Part shown: positions 18,760 to 28,483 of the stretch, piece after piece | Layout: each line of letters starts with the position of its first letter | How positions within the stretch are numbered: position 1 is the first letter of the stretch | Virus record (IMG/VR): IMGVR_UViG_3300035130_000204 | Direction: 5' to 3' (one strand) | Length of the DNA: 64,000 nucleotides | DNA from: an uncultured virus (IMG/VR IMGVR_UViG_3300035130_000204) | Lineage: Duplodnaviria > Heunggongvirae > Uroviricota > Caudoviricetes | Position numbers and translations under genes: made by a program | The notes under the pieces: generated by a model | Seen by the model: the letters and a program-made list of their open reading frames with translations, nothing else | What the model was told of the DNA's origin: nothing | The model's database searches: none

Positions 18760-21222
18760 CTAGAGGGCCCTGAAGTCGAAGTCACCATCTACATCGATGG
18801 TATTGAAACGCTGCGCAGGATCGATCGTGTTATTCCACTTGGTGGAATCTACGATCATAGGCTCTTGATTCATCGTGCAATGGTGCACAGCGTAATCGAT
18901 ATCTCCCGAAGTTGGTGGATTTCCGAACGGGTTGTTCGAGCCCAGCTGCCCGTGCATCAGCGTCGAGTGCTCCGCCTTAAAGTTGTCGTTATCCGTCAGG
19001 TTGAAGTCCACAGCATACCCCGAACTGCTGTTGTACCCCTTCAGGTAGCTGTGCGACACGATGATTGTAGGCAAACTTGAGCTTATGCCAAGAGCTTCCG
19101 GTATAGCAGATACTCCATCGTTATACACGCTACTTCCATGTATTACAGTTTTCGTATCAGCATCGTCGCCAACTCCGCGCTGCGATACGTTACCCCTGAT
19201 GTCGCAGTTGTCGATGTAAAGCTTTGTTGCCGAGCCCTGACAACCGATGCTTGCATCTACAAAGTTGATTCGCTTCAATACGTTTTTGCCTGTCGTCGCA
19301 AGGAACGTGAACCCGCTTGCTGGAACCGTGTCTGTCCAGGTGCACTCTTGACCGTCGATAGTTACTGTTATGTTCTGATCTTGCTGAACTTGCGCACTTG
19401 ATGAGTAATCGGCCATCATGTAAATGATGCAGCCATCGTCATTGGACGGAGCTACCACTGAAAGCGAATTTACCGCTTCTTCTATATCGGTATACCAATC
19501 CAAGTTGCCAGCTTGACCGCCTGCGTACTTTACGCGATTGGCTGTCCGTACTGTTTCGGCCATACCCTTTGACATGCTATTTCCCGATACGGTTACTTTC
19601 TGCAGGTAGTTTCCTCCGTCAATATCGCTTGTGGGCGTGCTAACTACAAAATCACATCCCTCTAGCAGCCAACCTGTGCTGTTCAAAGCGTTATTGTAAA
19701 TCGCCCACCCCGTACCGGTGTTTTCTACGCGACAGCCATGCAACCGACACAGCTGTGTTGTGTTACCATTGAATAGCGTTGCAAACCAAACACCGTTTGC
19801 CGCCGATGAGACCATCGTACAATCGTAGAAGTCTATCGTATCCTGACCGTTCAGCCGTACCGCGCCTTCGAATTCGCAATCATAAAACCTTTGGTATTCT
19901 CCTGCGCCACTACCCACTTCTGACAAGAATACGCGCAAGTCTGTTGAGCTTTGCAAGAACCTACAAGCGTGAAACTCGAAACTACCGCGGTCTGTATAGA
20001 AAAAGTTGTTCGCGTTTCCGTTAGTGCCGAGGAAGTCGCAGTTATCGAAGCGCACCAGGTCTGTTCCGATGTCGTTTCGATAGACGATGTTAGCAGTGCA
20101 ACCGCTCGCGCACTCGAACGTCAGGTTGCGGAACGCCATGTTCCGCGCACCGATGGTCAGCGGCCTCGACGTGCTCGACTGCTGGATGATCGTCGTGTGC
20201 TTGTCGAAGCCAACCAGGTCCACGTAGTCGTCCGTGGTCACCACGGCTTCGGCATAGATGCCGGGCATGATGAAGATGACCCAGCGGTTGGTTGCGCTCG
20301 GCGTACCTGGTACTGCTGCGATTGCGCTGTTGATGCTGTTGTATGGTGCCTGGATCGAACCATCTGGAGTGTAAGAGCCTGATGTCTTGTCGACCCAAAG
20401 AACCTGGCTAATATCCGGCAACGATTTGACGTCACTCAGGTATGCGAGCGTGTAATCCGTGTCAGTTTCATCCGTGAACTTTGGGATGGTCGGGTCCACG
20501 GAGTCGTCCACCCAGAAAAGACCTTTGTCTGCCCCAGGAGACGCTGGTGCCACAGCCTGGCCGTCGAGCAGCACGCCCGTCGGGTCGATCAGCCCCGTGA
20601 CAGTTAGCTTTCCACCGACGGACAGGTCGTTGCCGACTTCCAGATCGTTGGCGATTGCAACATCGCCTGTTCCGTCTTCCATGACGACGGAGAAATCCGA
20701 ATCCGCGTCATCACGGTAACGCAAAACCACTGGGTCAACTGAATCATCGACCCAAATCAGCCCCTTGTCTGCTCCGGGTGAGGCAGGCGCCCCCGTTTGC
20801 CCGTTAAGTATCAAGCCTGTAGGATCGATCAGCCCTGTGACGGTCAGCTTGCCCTCGACACGCGCATCGCCGACAACGCGCAGCACCTCGGTGCCCGACA
20901 TCGCTGCAGCGCCCAGCACCATGTCGCCATCATCGAACCAGACACCATTCGGCGTCGAGCCTCCGATGTAGAGGTCGTCGGTGGCCGTCCCAGCGTAGAT
21001 GAAGCCACCCGCGTCTCTCGTCCAGGGACCCGAACCTGTTGCGGCAGCCGTGAGGTTCAGCCAGCTGGAGCCATCCCAGATCTTCAAGCCGCTGGCCACC
21101 GTGTCGTAGTACAGGTAGCCCCGTGCCTGATTGTAGGTTTTCCCAGTAAAGTAACCGGTCGCATTGGCGTCGCTTGTCTCTTCGCCAATATAGTGCTCGA
21201 GGTCTCCGCCTGCCGCTGCCAT
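18760..21222 (-). CDS. Spike-like protein with beta-helix (pectin-lyase-like) domain
   Basis: DGSIQAPYNSINSAI...IMPGIYAE beta-helix cap; internal duplication of GKLTVTGLIDPTG...WVDDSVDP. Confidence 0.75.
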   Translation of the reverse strand: MAAAGGDLEHYIGEETSDANATGYFTGKTYNQARGYLYYDTVASGLKIWDGSSWLNLTAAATGSGPWTRDAGGFIYAGTATDDLYIGGSTPNGVWFDDGDMVLGAAAMSGTEVLRVVGDARVEGKLTVTGLIDPTGLILNGQTGAPASPGADKGLIWVDDSVDPVVLRYRDDADSDFSVVMEDGTGDVAIANDLEVGNDLSVGGKLTVTGLIDPTGVLLDGQAVAPASPGADKGLFWVDDSVDPTIPKFTDETDTDYTLAYLSDVKSLPDISQVLWVDKTSGSYTPDGSIQAPYNSINSAIAAVPGTPSATNRWVIFIMPGIYAEAVVTTDDYVDLVGFDKHTTIIQQSSTSRPLTIGARNMAFRNLTFECASGCTANIVYRNDIGTDLVRFDNCDFLGTNGNANNFFYTDRGSFEFHACRFLQSSTDLRVFLSEVGSGAGEYQRFYDCEFEGAVRLNGQDTIDFYDCTMVSSAANGVWFATLFNGNTTQLCRLHGCRVENTGTGWAIYNNALNSTGWLLEGCDFVVSTPTSDIDGGNYLQKVTVSGNSMSKGMAETVRTANRVKYAGGQAGNLDWYTDIEEAVNSLSVVAPSNDDGCIIYMMADYSSSAQVQQDQNITVTIDGQECTWTDTVPASGFTFLATTGKNVLKRINFVDASIGCQGSATKLYIDNCDIRGNVSQRGVGDDADTKTVIHGSSVYNDGVSAIPEALGISSSLPTIIVSHSYLKGYNSSSGYAVDFNLTDNDNFKAEHSTLMHGQLGSNNPFGNPPTSGDIDYAVHHCTMNQEPMIVDSTKWNNTIDPAQRFNTIDVDGDFDFRAL
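20012..20233. repeat. Near-identical direct repeat shared by two spike genes (copy 1)
   Basis: Matches 22533-22754, including 74 bp of perfect identity (20093-20166 vs 22614-22687). Confidence 0.9.
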
Positions 21223-21295
21223 GGCTATCTCCTCAGGACGTTACCGCCCTCGCTGCAAAAAAGGTTTTTCTCGGGCTAAACACCGGGGCGTTTCC

Positions 21296-23623
21296 TTATA
21301 CGTATTTCCGCCAGCCGTAATCCCCGTCTGGATCGATCGTGTTCTGCCGCTGCGCAAGATCGATGACGTTGTTGTAACCAGCCGGATCGCTCACGTCTGG
21401 CTCTACGTTGAATGTCGTGTGGTGCGCAGCGTAGTCGACCTGCGATGGCTCATTTCCGAACGGGTTGTTCGACCCCAACTGCCCGTGCATCAACGTGGAG
21501 TGCTCGATCTGCACGTTGTCGTTGGCCACAGAGTTGTAGTCAATGGCGTAGCCTGCAGCATCGTTGTACCCCTTCAGGTAGCTCTGTGAAATTACGACCG
21601 TCGGGTCTGCATCCAGAAGCTCCACCGGAGAGTAAAGCGTGGCGGCGTCGGAAATTCCTACAATGGAGCTGTCGTGAATGACGACCTTTCCATCTGTGTC
21701 GGTCGTCGTAGTGCTAACAGCCCCTTCGATGTTGCAGTTGTCTATGACCAGAACTGCTGCATTTCCCGTATGCCTGATAGCCGCGTCGACGAAGTTTATG
21801 TTCCGCAAAATGCAAACCTGCGAAGCAGCTGTCAAAAACGTGAAACCACTCGCTGGCGCTGTGTCTGTCCAGAAGTGGTCATGCCCGTCAATTGTGTATT
21901 GAATTGTCAGAGAAGCACGTGAAACTTGTGCGCCACTCGTAAAATCCGCCAACATATGGATTGTGCAACCGTCGTCGTTCGATGTCAGCGCTGCAACCGC
22001 GTCTTCCAGGTCTGTATACCAGTCAAGCTCTCCGGCCCTACCACCGGCGTACTTATCGTTGTGAATTGTCCAGACAGCATTCGTCATACCCTTTGACATG
22101 CTATTGCCCGACATACGCACCGACTGCAAAAAGTTTGTCCCATCGATATCGTTAGCTGCAGAGTTGACCACCATCTCACAGCCTTCGAAAACCCAGCTCT
22201 GGCTGTTCGATGCCGTGTTGTAGACCGCCCAGCCTGTTCCAGTGTTTTCCAAATAGCACGCGAAGAACTTGCACTTCTGACTTCCGCTTTGGTTTCTTAC
22301 GGTTCCAAACCAAACTCCGTTGGCAGCCGAAGAGCTAATGTTACAACCGTAAAACTCCATCGTGTCGCTGCCAAACATCCGAATACAACCTTCGAACTCG
22401 CAATTGTAGAAGCGCTGGAATCCCGTAGATGTAGAGTTTGGCGAGTAGTAAACGATTTCATCAGTTGAACCCTGAATGAAACGACACGCGTGAAATTCGA
22501 AGTTTCCTCGGTCCGTGTGGACATAGTTGGCGGCGTTTCCGTTAGTGCCGAGGAAGTCGCAGTTATCGAAGCGCACCAGGTCCGTGCCTGCGTCATTTCG
22601 GTAAACGATGTTGGCAGTGCAACCGCTCGCGCACTCGAACGTCAGGTTGCGGAACGCCATGTTCCGCGCACCGATGGTCAGCGGCCTGGACGTGCTCGAC
22701 TGCTGGATGATCGTAGTGTGCTTGTCGAAGCCGACCAGGTCCACGTAGTCGTCCTGAGTGACGACGGCCTCAGCATAGATGCCGGGGTAGATCGCGATCC
22801 AAATCCTGTTCGTCGAAGTCGGAGACAGACCATTCGCCGCCGTGATCGCAGCGCCGATCGTGTTGTACGGCTTCTGCGGACTGCCGTCCGCACCCACTGT
22901 GGCCGGCGATGCCTTGTCGACAAAGAGCACCTGGTCAATATTCGGAAAGCTGAACAGCGGCCTGTCCGTGCTCGCATCGTCAGTGAACATCGGCAAGTTC
23001 GGAGTGTCGTTGCGCACCCAAAAGACGCCCTCTGTGGCCGCAGGGGCGATCGGGACCGCCGCCTCCTCGACCATCAGCAGGCCGCCCTCGAGCCTGGCGT
23101 CGCCGATGACTCGAAGGACCTCGGTACCCGACATGGTGTTGCCGCCTAGCACCAGGTCGCCGTCGTCAAACCACTTGCCGTTCGGGCTCGCGAAGGGTCC
23201 CACGGCTACATCGTCGGTAGCTGTATTCGGGTACAGGAAGCCACCCGCGGCGTCCCGCTGCCACAGGAAGTAGGCGCCGGCCTGGAAGATGTGGACCTGC
23301 TGCTGGTTGACGCTAGTGATGTTTGCGTCAGCTTCCAGCGCGGCCTCGATGGCCGCCGTCATCGTGTCCACTTCGGTCTCGGACGGACACTCCTTCGTGA
23401 GGTACGTAAACTTCTCGATCAAGCAGTTGAGCGTACGCGTACCTTCGGCTCCACCCGGCCCACCAGCATCCTCAACCCAGGCCAGAACACGGTCATAGGC
23501 GAGGTTCGCAACACCACTGATGAGCGTATCCAGACCACTCGTCGCCGCAGCCAGCTCGGTGTCGTCGGTAGGAACCGCATATGTGCTGGTTCCGATGATG
23601 TCCGTCACGAAGATGTTGCTCAT
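21296..23623 (-). CDS. Spike-like protein with beta-helix domain, paralogue of 18760..21222
   Basis: DGSPQKPYNTIGAAI...IYPGIYAE; shared C-terminal HSTLMHGQLGSNNPFGN. Confidence 0.75.
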   Translation of the reverse strand: MSNIFVTDIIGTSTYAVPTDDTELAAATSGLDTLISGVANLAYDRVLAWVEDAGGPGGAEGTRTLNCLIEKFTYLTKECPSETEVDTMTAAIEAALEADANITSVNQQQVHIFQAGAYFLWQRDAAGGFLYPNTATDDVAVGPFASPNGKWFDDGDLVLGGNTMSGTEVLRVIGDARLEGGLLMVEEAAVPIAPAATEGVFWVRNDTPNLPMFTDDASTDRPLFSFPNIDQVLFVDKASPATVGADGSPQKPYNTIGAAITAANGLSPTSTNRIWIAIYPGIYAEAVVTQDDYVDLVGFDKHTTIIQQSSTSRPLTIGARNMAFRNLTFECASGCTANIVYRNDAGTDLVRFDNCDFLGTNGNAANYVHTDRGNFEFHACRFIQGSTDEIVYYSPNSTSTGFQRFYNCEFEGCIRMFGSDTMEFYGCNISSSAANGVWFGTVRNQSGSQKCKFFACYLENTGTGWAVYNTASNSQSWVFEGCEMVVNSAANDIDGTNFLQSVRMSGNSMSKGMTNAVWTIHNDKYAGGRAGELDWYTDLEDAVAALTSNDDGCTIHMLADFTSGAQVSRASLTIQYTIDGHDHFWTDTAPASGFTFLTAASQVCILRNINFVDAAIRHTGNAAVLVIDNCNIEGAVSTTTTDTDGKVVIHDSSIVGISDAATLYSPVELLDADPTVVISQSYLKGYNDAAGYAIDYNSVANDNVQIEHSTLMHGQLGSNNPFGNEPSQVDYAAHHTTFNVEPDVSDPAGYNNVIDLAQRQNTIDPDGDYGWRKYV
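22533..22754. repeat. Near-identical direct repeat shared by two spike genes (copy 2)
   Basis: Matches 20012-20233. Confidence 0.9.
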
Positions 23624-23632
23624 GATCCTCTC

Positions 23633-25642
23633 CTAGTAAACCGCCGCCGGACCGTAGGTATCGTAAGCGTTTGTCGTCACAGCGTTGGCAAACACACCGC
23701 CCGTCTGCGGGTTCGCGTTGTAAACGCTGTGGTGACTACTGTACTGAATAGCCGGGCCAACTACCGTGGTCATGAATGGATTGCTGCCGACACCAATGCT
23801 GCCGTGAGTCAAGGTCGAGTACTTGACCTGAAGGTTTTTGTTGTCGACCTCATAGCGGAGCGCCTCCGCGCCAGCTCCACCGGCGTATCCAGTCAAATAC
23901 GAGTTTCCTTCTACGAGCACTCGCGGGTCAGGACTCCTGAAAATGATTGCGTACGGGTGTGATACGGTCCCGGCGACACGCGCATGATCCAGCGTCGCCA
24001 CCGTGTCCGAGTCCCCACCGTCGATATTCAGCGTTCCGTACAAGGCGACGTTGTGCCCCAAGCCCAACGTCGCATCGTTTCCGTTCAGATCGATCGTTCC
24101 GCTCAGCTCGATGTTCTCGAACTCGAGCCTGTGAGAGTCGCGCAATGCGACGATGAGATCTGAAAACCCTCCAGCACCACGGAGAGTGTGCTTTCCGTCG
24201 GCCTCGATTTTTTGGCGGTAGTTATTGACCACCAGCGGCGTGCTCAGAGCAACATCTTCTCGCAACCGGATGACCGTGTCGTGTGCGATCACCGAGGTGC
24301 AGGCGTCTTGCAAGCTCATGTACCGATCGACCTGGTCCCCACCGACAGCACGTTCCTTCGACGGAATCGCAATAGCGCCAGCAAGGCCGCGGTACTGCGA
24401 GTTGCCGGAATAACGGCTCAAGGTTATCTGGGCAGGTGCACCGACATCAATATCAACGTCTCCACGTTGACCAGGCACAAGGTTGAATACGTTGTTCACA
24501 ATCTCTACGCTGCCAGGGTCCGATGCGAAGACGATTCCACCGTCGAGGTAATTCAGAAACAGACTCAGGCTGCTTGTGCTCTCGAACCTAAGTCCACCGC
24601 TAGCACCACCGATCCACGAGGCACCTGCAGCAAAGGCCCAGTCTCCGCCAACGGTCCAGCTGACATTCGTATCTCCAGGACGCGTCGCATTGAAGCAAAT
24701 GATCTGCGTGCCCCCAGCTCCGTGCGTCGAGGTGAAGATCGGCGAGCAGTCCATCTTGTGCTCGCTGAACCGAATCTGGATTTGCCGGCCCGTCGTCTGG
24801 TCTCCAGTGAGATTGAAGCCGTTCGTGTCTCCCGTGCTGCGACATCTCAGGAACAGCGCCTTGGTCATCGACCTGTGCGGCGTCTCCTGGAACTGGCCTC
24901 CTGTGAAGTGGCAGTCTACGAACTCATGGCTCAGCTCGAGCGGAGCGTTGTTGCCGAACCTATGGATGATGGAGCCGTCGCCGCCTGTGGCGCGGATGGT
25001 CATGTTCTCAATGTGCCACTCGCCGACCGGCGTATCCCCGAGTGGTGCCGTCGAAGCATCAGCACCCGTGTTCTCGAGAACGGTCGTGAGCTGGTCGACA
25101 CCGCGTACGGTCACGCCAGCCTTGGCGGTCACCTGCTCTGTGTATACCCCAGGATAGACGAGCACCAGGTCGCCATCGCTCGCGGCATCGATACCGTCCT
25201 GAATACTGTGAAAGGGTTCCTGCACAGACCCGTCGGAAGACGTGTTCGAACCCTTGTCCACGAAGTAGATGTTTTCCACCCCAGGCAGGCTTAGACCTCC
25301 CCCGCCGCTCTGATCGACGAGGTTTGCTTGCTGCACATCCACAGCGCTGATGTTCGCGCTCGCGAGCAGCGCCGCCTTGATTGCTGCCAGCATCGTCTGC
25401 GTGTCAGCTGCCGACGGGCATATGGAGCCACCGTGAGTGACTCCAGTCAGCAAGCAGTTGAGCGAACGCCCTGCACCAGAATCGTCGTCACGGACGAACG
25501 CCAAGCACGAGTCGTAAGAGAGGCTAGCTACGCTACCGAGCAGGCCGTCCAGTGCTGAACTTGCCGCCGCTAGCGAAGCATCACTCGACGGAACCGCGAA
25601 AACCCCGGTGCCCTCGATAATCGCAGAAAAAGTGTTGCTCAT
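23633..25642 (-). CDS. Spike-like beta-helix protein, diverged third paralogue
   Basis: DGSVQEPFHSIQDGIDAASDGDLVLVYPGVYTE; C-terminal YSTLTHGSIGVGSNPF. Confidence 0.75.
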   Translation of the reverse strand: MSNTFSAIIEGTGVFAVPSSDASLAAASSALDGLLGSVASLSYDSCLAFVRDDDSGAGRSLNCLLTGVTHGGSICPSAADTQTMLAAIKAALLASANISAVDVQQANLVDQSGGGGLSLPGVENIYFVDKGSNTSSDGSVQEPFHSIQDGIDAASDGDLVLVYPGVYTEQVTAKAGVTVRGVDQLTTVLENTGADASTAPLGDTPVGEWHIENMTIRATGGDGSIIHRFGNNAPLELSHEFVDCHFTGGQFQETPHRSMTKALFLRCRSTGDTNGFNLTGDQTTGRQIQIRFSEHKMDCSPIFTSTHGAGGTQIICFNATRPGDTNVSWTVGGDWAFAAGASWIGGASGGLRFESTSSLSLFLNYLDGGIVFASDPGSVEIVNNVFNLVPGQRGDVDIDVGAPAQITLSRYSGNSQYRGLAGAIAIPSKERAVGGDQVDRYMSLQDACTSVIAHDTVIRLREDVALSTPLVVNNYRQKIEADGKHTLRGAGGFSDLIVALRDSHRLEFENIELSGTIDLNGNDATLGLGHNVALYGTLNIDGGDSDTVATLDHARVAGTVSHPYAIIFRSPDPRVLVEGNSYLTGYAGGAGAEALRYEVDNKNLQVKYSTLTHGSIGVGSNPFMTTVVGPAIQYSSHHSVYNANPQTGGVFANAVTTNAYDTYGPAAVY

Positions 25643-25650
25643 GACCTGCC

Positions 25651-26127
25651 CTATTCGTTCGTCGCTACAAAGATCACCCTAAACAAACCTGCGTCTGGAG
25701 CGATGCGCACAGCTCCTGAGCCGTATTTCACCCCAGCTAGCACCCTGATTCTGTCGCCAACTCCAACCCGCAACGCTGCCGAAGCTCTGGCCGTTTGATA
25801 GTTGCCATCATTGCTGTTGCGTGTATAGACGAAGCCGTAGCTACCGCCGACCAAAGCGTAGCTATCACCCTGCGGCTGATGCTCGATGTAGATCTCGGTG
25901 ATCGTCCTGCCGTTGCCGCTGTACTGTTCGATGCCGATGCTCGACTCTATGATCAGCGTGCCCTCGACGAGTACTTCAATTTCCGACTGATCGTGAAATA
26001 CACATCGTTCACACCCCTGCAGGCGAACGGTGTCGAACTCCAAGGTCACTGGCCCTGGAGAAACGACCTGTCCGCCTGCAGAGACGAAGGCCTCAAACGG
26101 TACAGCGTAGATATGCTCGGCTCCCAA
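25651..26127 (-). CDS. Small all-beta (C1q/BclA-like) virion-associated protein
   Basis: Beta-strand pattern with VGDRIRV motif; inside the fibre cluster. Confidence 0.5.
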   Translation of the reverse strand: MGAEHIYAVPFEAFVSAGGQVVSPGPVTLEFDTVRLQGCERCVFHDQSEIEVLVEGTLIIESSIGIEQYSGNGRTITEIYIEHQPQGDSYALVGGSYGFVYTRNSNDGNYQTARASAALRVGVGDRIRVLAGVKYGSGAVRIAPDAGLFRVIFVATNE

Positions 26128-26136
26128 ATGCGCCTC

Positions 26137-27030
26137 CTAGAGAAGCCCCTCAAATACCGAAGCCACCGCATCCGCGATGGCCTGACCGTAGTCACGTCTG
26201 GCTCCGTAGGGCTGCTCGATCTGCACGCCGTTGCCCGCAGAGGTTAGCCAGTTGACAAAGTTGTCAGGACTGACGCCACCGTAGGGCCCGTCGTTGACGA
26301 CCGTCACGTCGTAGGCCGATCCGACGGCAGCCTGAATGGCGTTGGCAACCTGCGTCTTGAAGGCTACCGAAGCGCCGCCACCTACGGCGATGTCCTCCTC
26401 GCCGTAGCCGTGGAAACTGACAGCGTAGCTGAACCCACGACTCTCGATCTGCTCGAGGTAGGGGAATGACTCTGTGTCGATCTCGGTCGACGTGATGTGC
26501 CAGGCGTCGTAGGCGCCGATCTCGCCCTGCCAGCCCTTGCACCGCCAACAGGACACATCCTTGCTCGCGGCCTCGAGCTGCGAGTAGACGCGCTCGGCCT
26601 GCTCGTCGGTGTAGTTCTCGATGACGCCGCCGTGCGGCGCGCAGGCGACGAGCCCCGTGTGGTTTGCACCCGTCTCGTCAAGAAACTCGCCAAACTCGTT
26701 GTTGTCCTGAAGCCACTGTTCGTCGTGGCCATGATCGACAACAGCGTCGCAGCCCTCGAGGTAGGCCGAGAAGCTGTCCGTGTAATCGAGCCTCTTGCGT
26801 CCGTCGAGCGCCATCCGGACATCGTTGTTGTCGGTGCCGTCCTCCATGAACTGGTGGACGGTGTAAGCGGCGTACCTGTCGGTTGCCTTTTTCGGCTTGA
26901 TCCTGACCTGCTGACCGACGACGACGCCATTCGCAGCAGCCAGCTGCGGGTCCATGGAGATGCGCTCTCCGTATCCGATCAGGTAGCTTTGCTCGCTCTT
27001 CGCCTTGAGAACGTCGACTTTGACTGCCAT
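26137..27030 (-). CDS. Poly-gamma-glutamate hydrolase family (PghP-like) zinc peptidase
   Basis: APHGGVIE, HITST, AVSFHG, NFVN and GVQIEQ motifs. Confidence 0.85.
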   Translation of the reverse strand: MAVKVDVLKAKSEQSYLIGYGERISMDPQLAAANGVVVGQQVRIKPKKATDRYAAYTVHQFMEDGTDNNDVRMALDGRKRLDYTDSFSAYLEGCDAVVDHGHDEQWLQDNNEFGEFLDETGANHTGLVACAPHGGVIENYTDEQAERVYSQLEAASKDVSCWRCKGWQGEIGAYDAWHITSTEIDTESFPYLEQIESRGFSYAVSFHGYGEEDIAVGGGASVAFKTQVANAIQAAVGSAYDVTVVNDGPYGGVSPDNFVNWLTSAGNGVQIEQPYGARRDYGQAIADAVASVFEGLL

Positions 27031-27049
27031 ATCCCTATCTCCACCCGGG

Positions 27050-28483
27050 CTACTGCCCGGCGTAACGAAACCCAGTGAAACGCAGCTCCAATCCGTGCAT
27101 GTAGATGTGGACGCCGCAGTCATCCGCAGCGTCCGTTCCGAGGCGTGTCATCTTCAGCGCCATCAGGTCCGCATCCTTGTCGAACTCAGACGCCGCGATC
27201 GTGAAGTCGATCGTGAAGACCTGGTCCAACGGCTGACTCGAGATGTCGTAGGTGAACTCGTCCGAGTAGTCCCATGACCCGAGAGCTTCTCCGATGTCAA
27301 AGTTCGACCACTCGAGCTTCCAACGGGTTCCTCTGCTTGCAGCCACCGTCGACGGCACAGAGCAGTAAAGCCTGAACGTCAGGTCGCCCGTCGTGTAGCG
27401 CGTCGGCGGCTTGATGTTGACGCGGTTCCAGCCGTCTCCGGCGTTGTCAAATCGAATGGCTGCCACGTCGTTGTTTGTGCTTCCAGTCGTTGTCCCGCCG
27501 CGGATTCCTCCGTCGACCGGGAGCATATCGATGCACGTCGCCTCGTCGATGACGGTCGTGCCATCGACGACGATGCTGCCGTCAGCTTTGACACGGAAAC
27601 GCTCGACCGTATCGCTGCCACCGTCGCGCAACATGACGCGAAAGTCGCAGTCGAGATCTGCGGCGTCCGGGTCGTCCCACAGAAAGTGCAAAGAGCCAGC
27701 AGCGCGTAGCACGTCCGTCGCGTCCTCAAGACGCACGTAGATGCCGGTACCGAATCCAGCAAGAACTGTGTTCGTTGACTTTCTCGTGATGGCCAACAGG
27801 CTGGTGACCGTCGAGTCGTCTGTTGTCTCTTCGACGAGATCCAGGACTTTGCCAGCGCCGATGCTTCCATTGTTCCCGATGATGACGGCGCCCGAGCGGT
27901 CCTCGCTCGGTTCGCTGCCCGAAGCAGTCTGACCGGTGTCGTCGAACTGCGTGCCATCGACCTCGGTGATCTTGCCCGTCGACGACGGCGTGCCGCCGGA
28001 CGTCGTTCTGTAGACTCCATACCTCGAGGCGCCATCGACCTCTGCCCACGCCAGCCTGTTGAAGTTCGTTCCGTCGAGAGTCGCGGCGCCGGTGGTCGTC
28101 TGACCCTCGGTCGACGCCATCGTCTCGCCGGACTCGCTGAAGGCCGTCACCTTGTAGCCCCACGTCGTGGAGCCTGGCGTGCCTTGCGGCGTCACCGTTG
28201 GTGCGTCTGGCGTGTCGAGCGGAATGATAATGAGGCCGCCCTGCTCAGGGCTGGAAACCGGCTCTCCGGTGTGGGCCGCGACGAGGCCGTTGAGCGTCGT
28301 CTGGTCACCTGACGAAAGAGGATCGTCGAACCAGATGTCGCAGTCGTCACCTGCCGTGTCGATGCGGAGCAGAGCAGCCGAGCTGATACTGCTGTCATCG
28401 ATCTCCTCAGTCAGCGCACCGGAGTTGACCTGGTGGTTCGGAAAGTCCGAAGAGATGCTGTATGTGTACTTGGTAGCAGCCAT
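27050..28483 (-). CDS. Fibre-like protein with Ig/FN3-like domain and C-terminal beta-sandwich
   Basis: YKVTAFSESGET...LAWAEVDGASRYGVYR. Confidence 0.7.
   Translation of the reverse strand: MAATKYTYSISSDFPNHQVNSGALTEEIDDSSISSAALLRIDTAGDDCDIWFDDPLSSGDQTTLNGLVAAHTGEPVSSPEQGGLIIIPLDTPDAPTVTPQGTPGSTTWGYKVTAFSESGETMASTEGQTTTGAATLDGTNFNRLAWAEVDGASRYGVYRTTSGGTPSSTGKITEVDGTQFDDTGQTASGSEPSEDRSGAVIIGNNGSIGAGKVLDLVEETTDDSTVTSLLAITRKSTNTVLAGFGTGIYVRLEDATDVLRAAGSLHFLWDDPDAADLDCDFRVMLRDGGSDTVERFRVKADGSIVVDGTTVIDEATCIDMLPVDGGIRGGTTTGSTNNDVAAIRFDNAGDGWNRVNIKPPTRYTTGDLTFRLYCSVPSTVAASRGTRWKLEWSNFDIGEALGSWDYSDEFTYDISSQPLDQVFTIDFTIAASEFDKDADLMALKMTRLGTDAADDCGVHIYMHGLELRFTGFRYAGQ

Noticed and set aside
20012..22754. 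Diversity-generating retroelement TR/VR pair
   Set aside because: Both copies are mid-gene coding sequence, differences are mostly synonymous and not adenine-specific, and no reverse transcriptase is in the window
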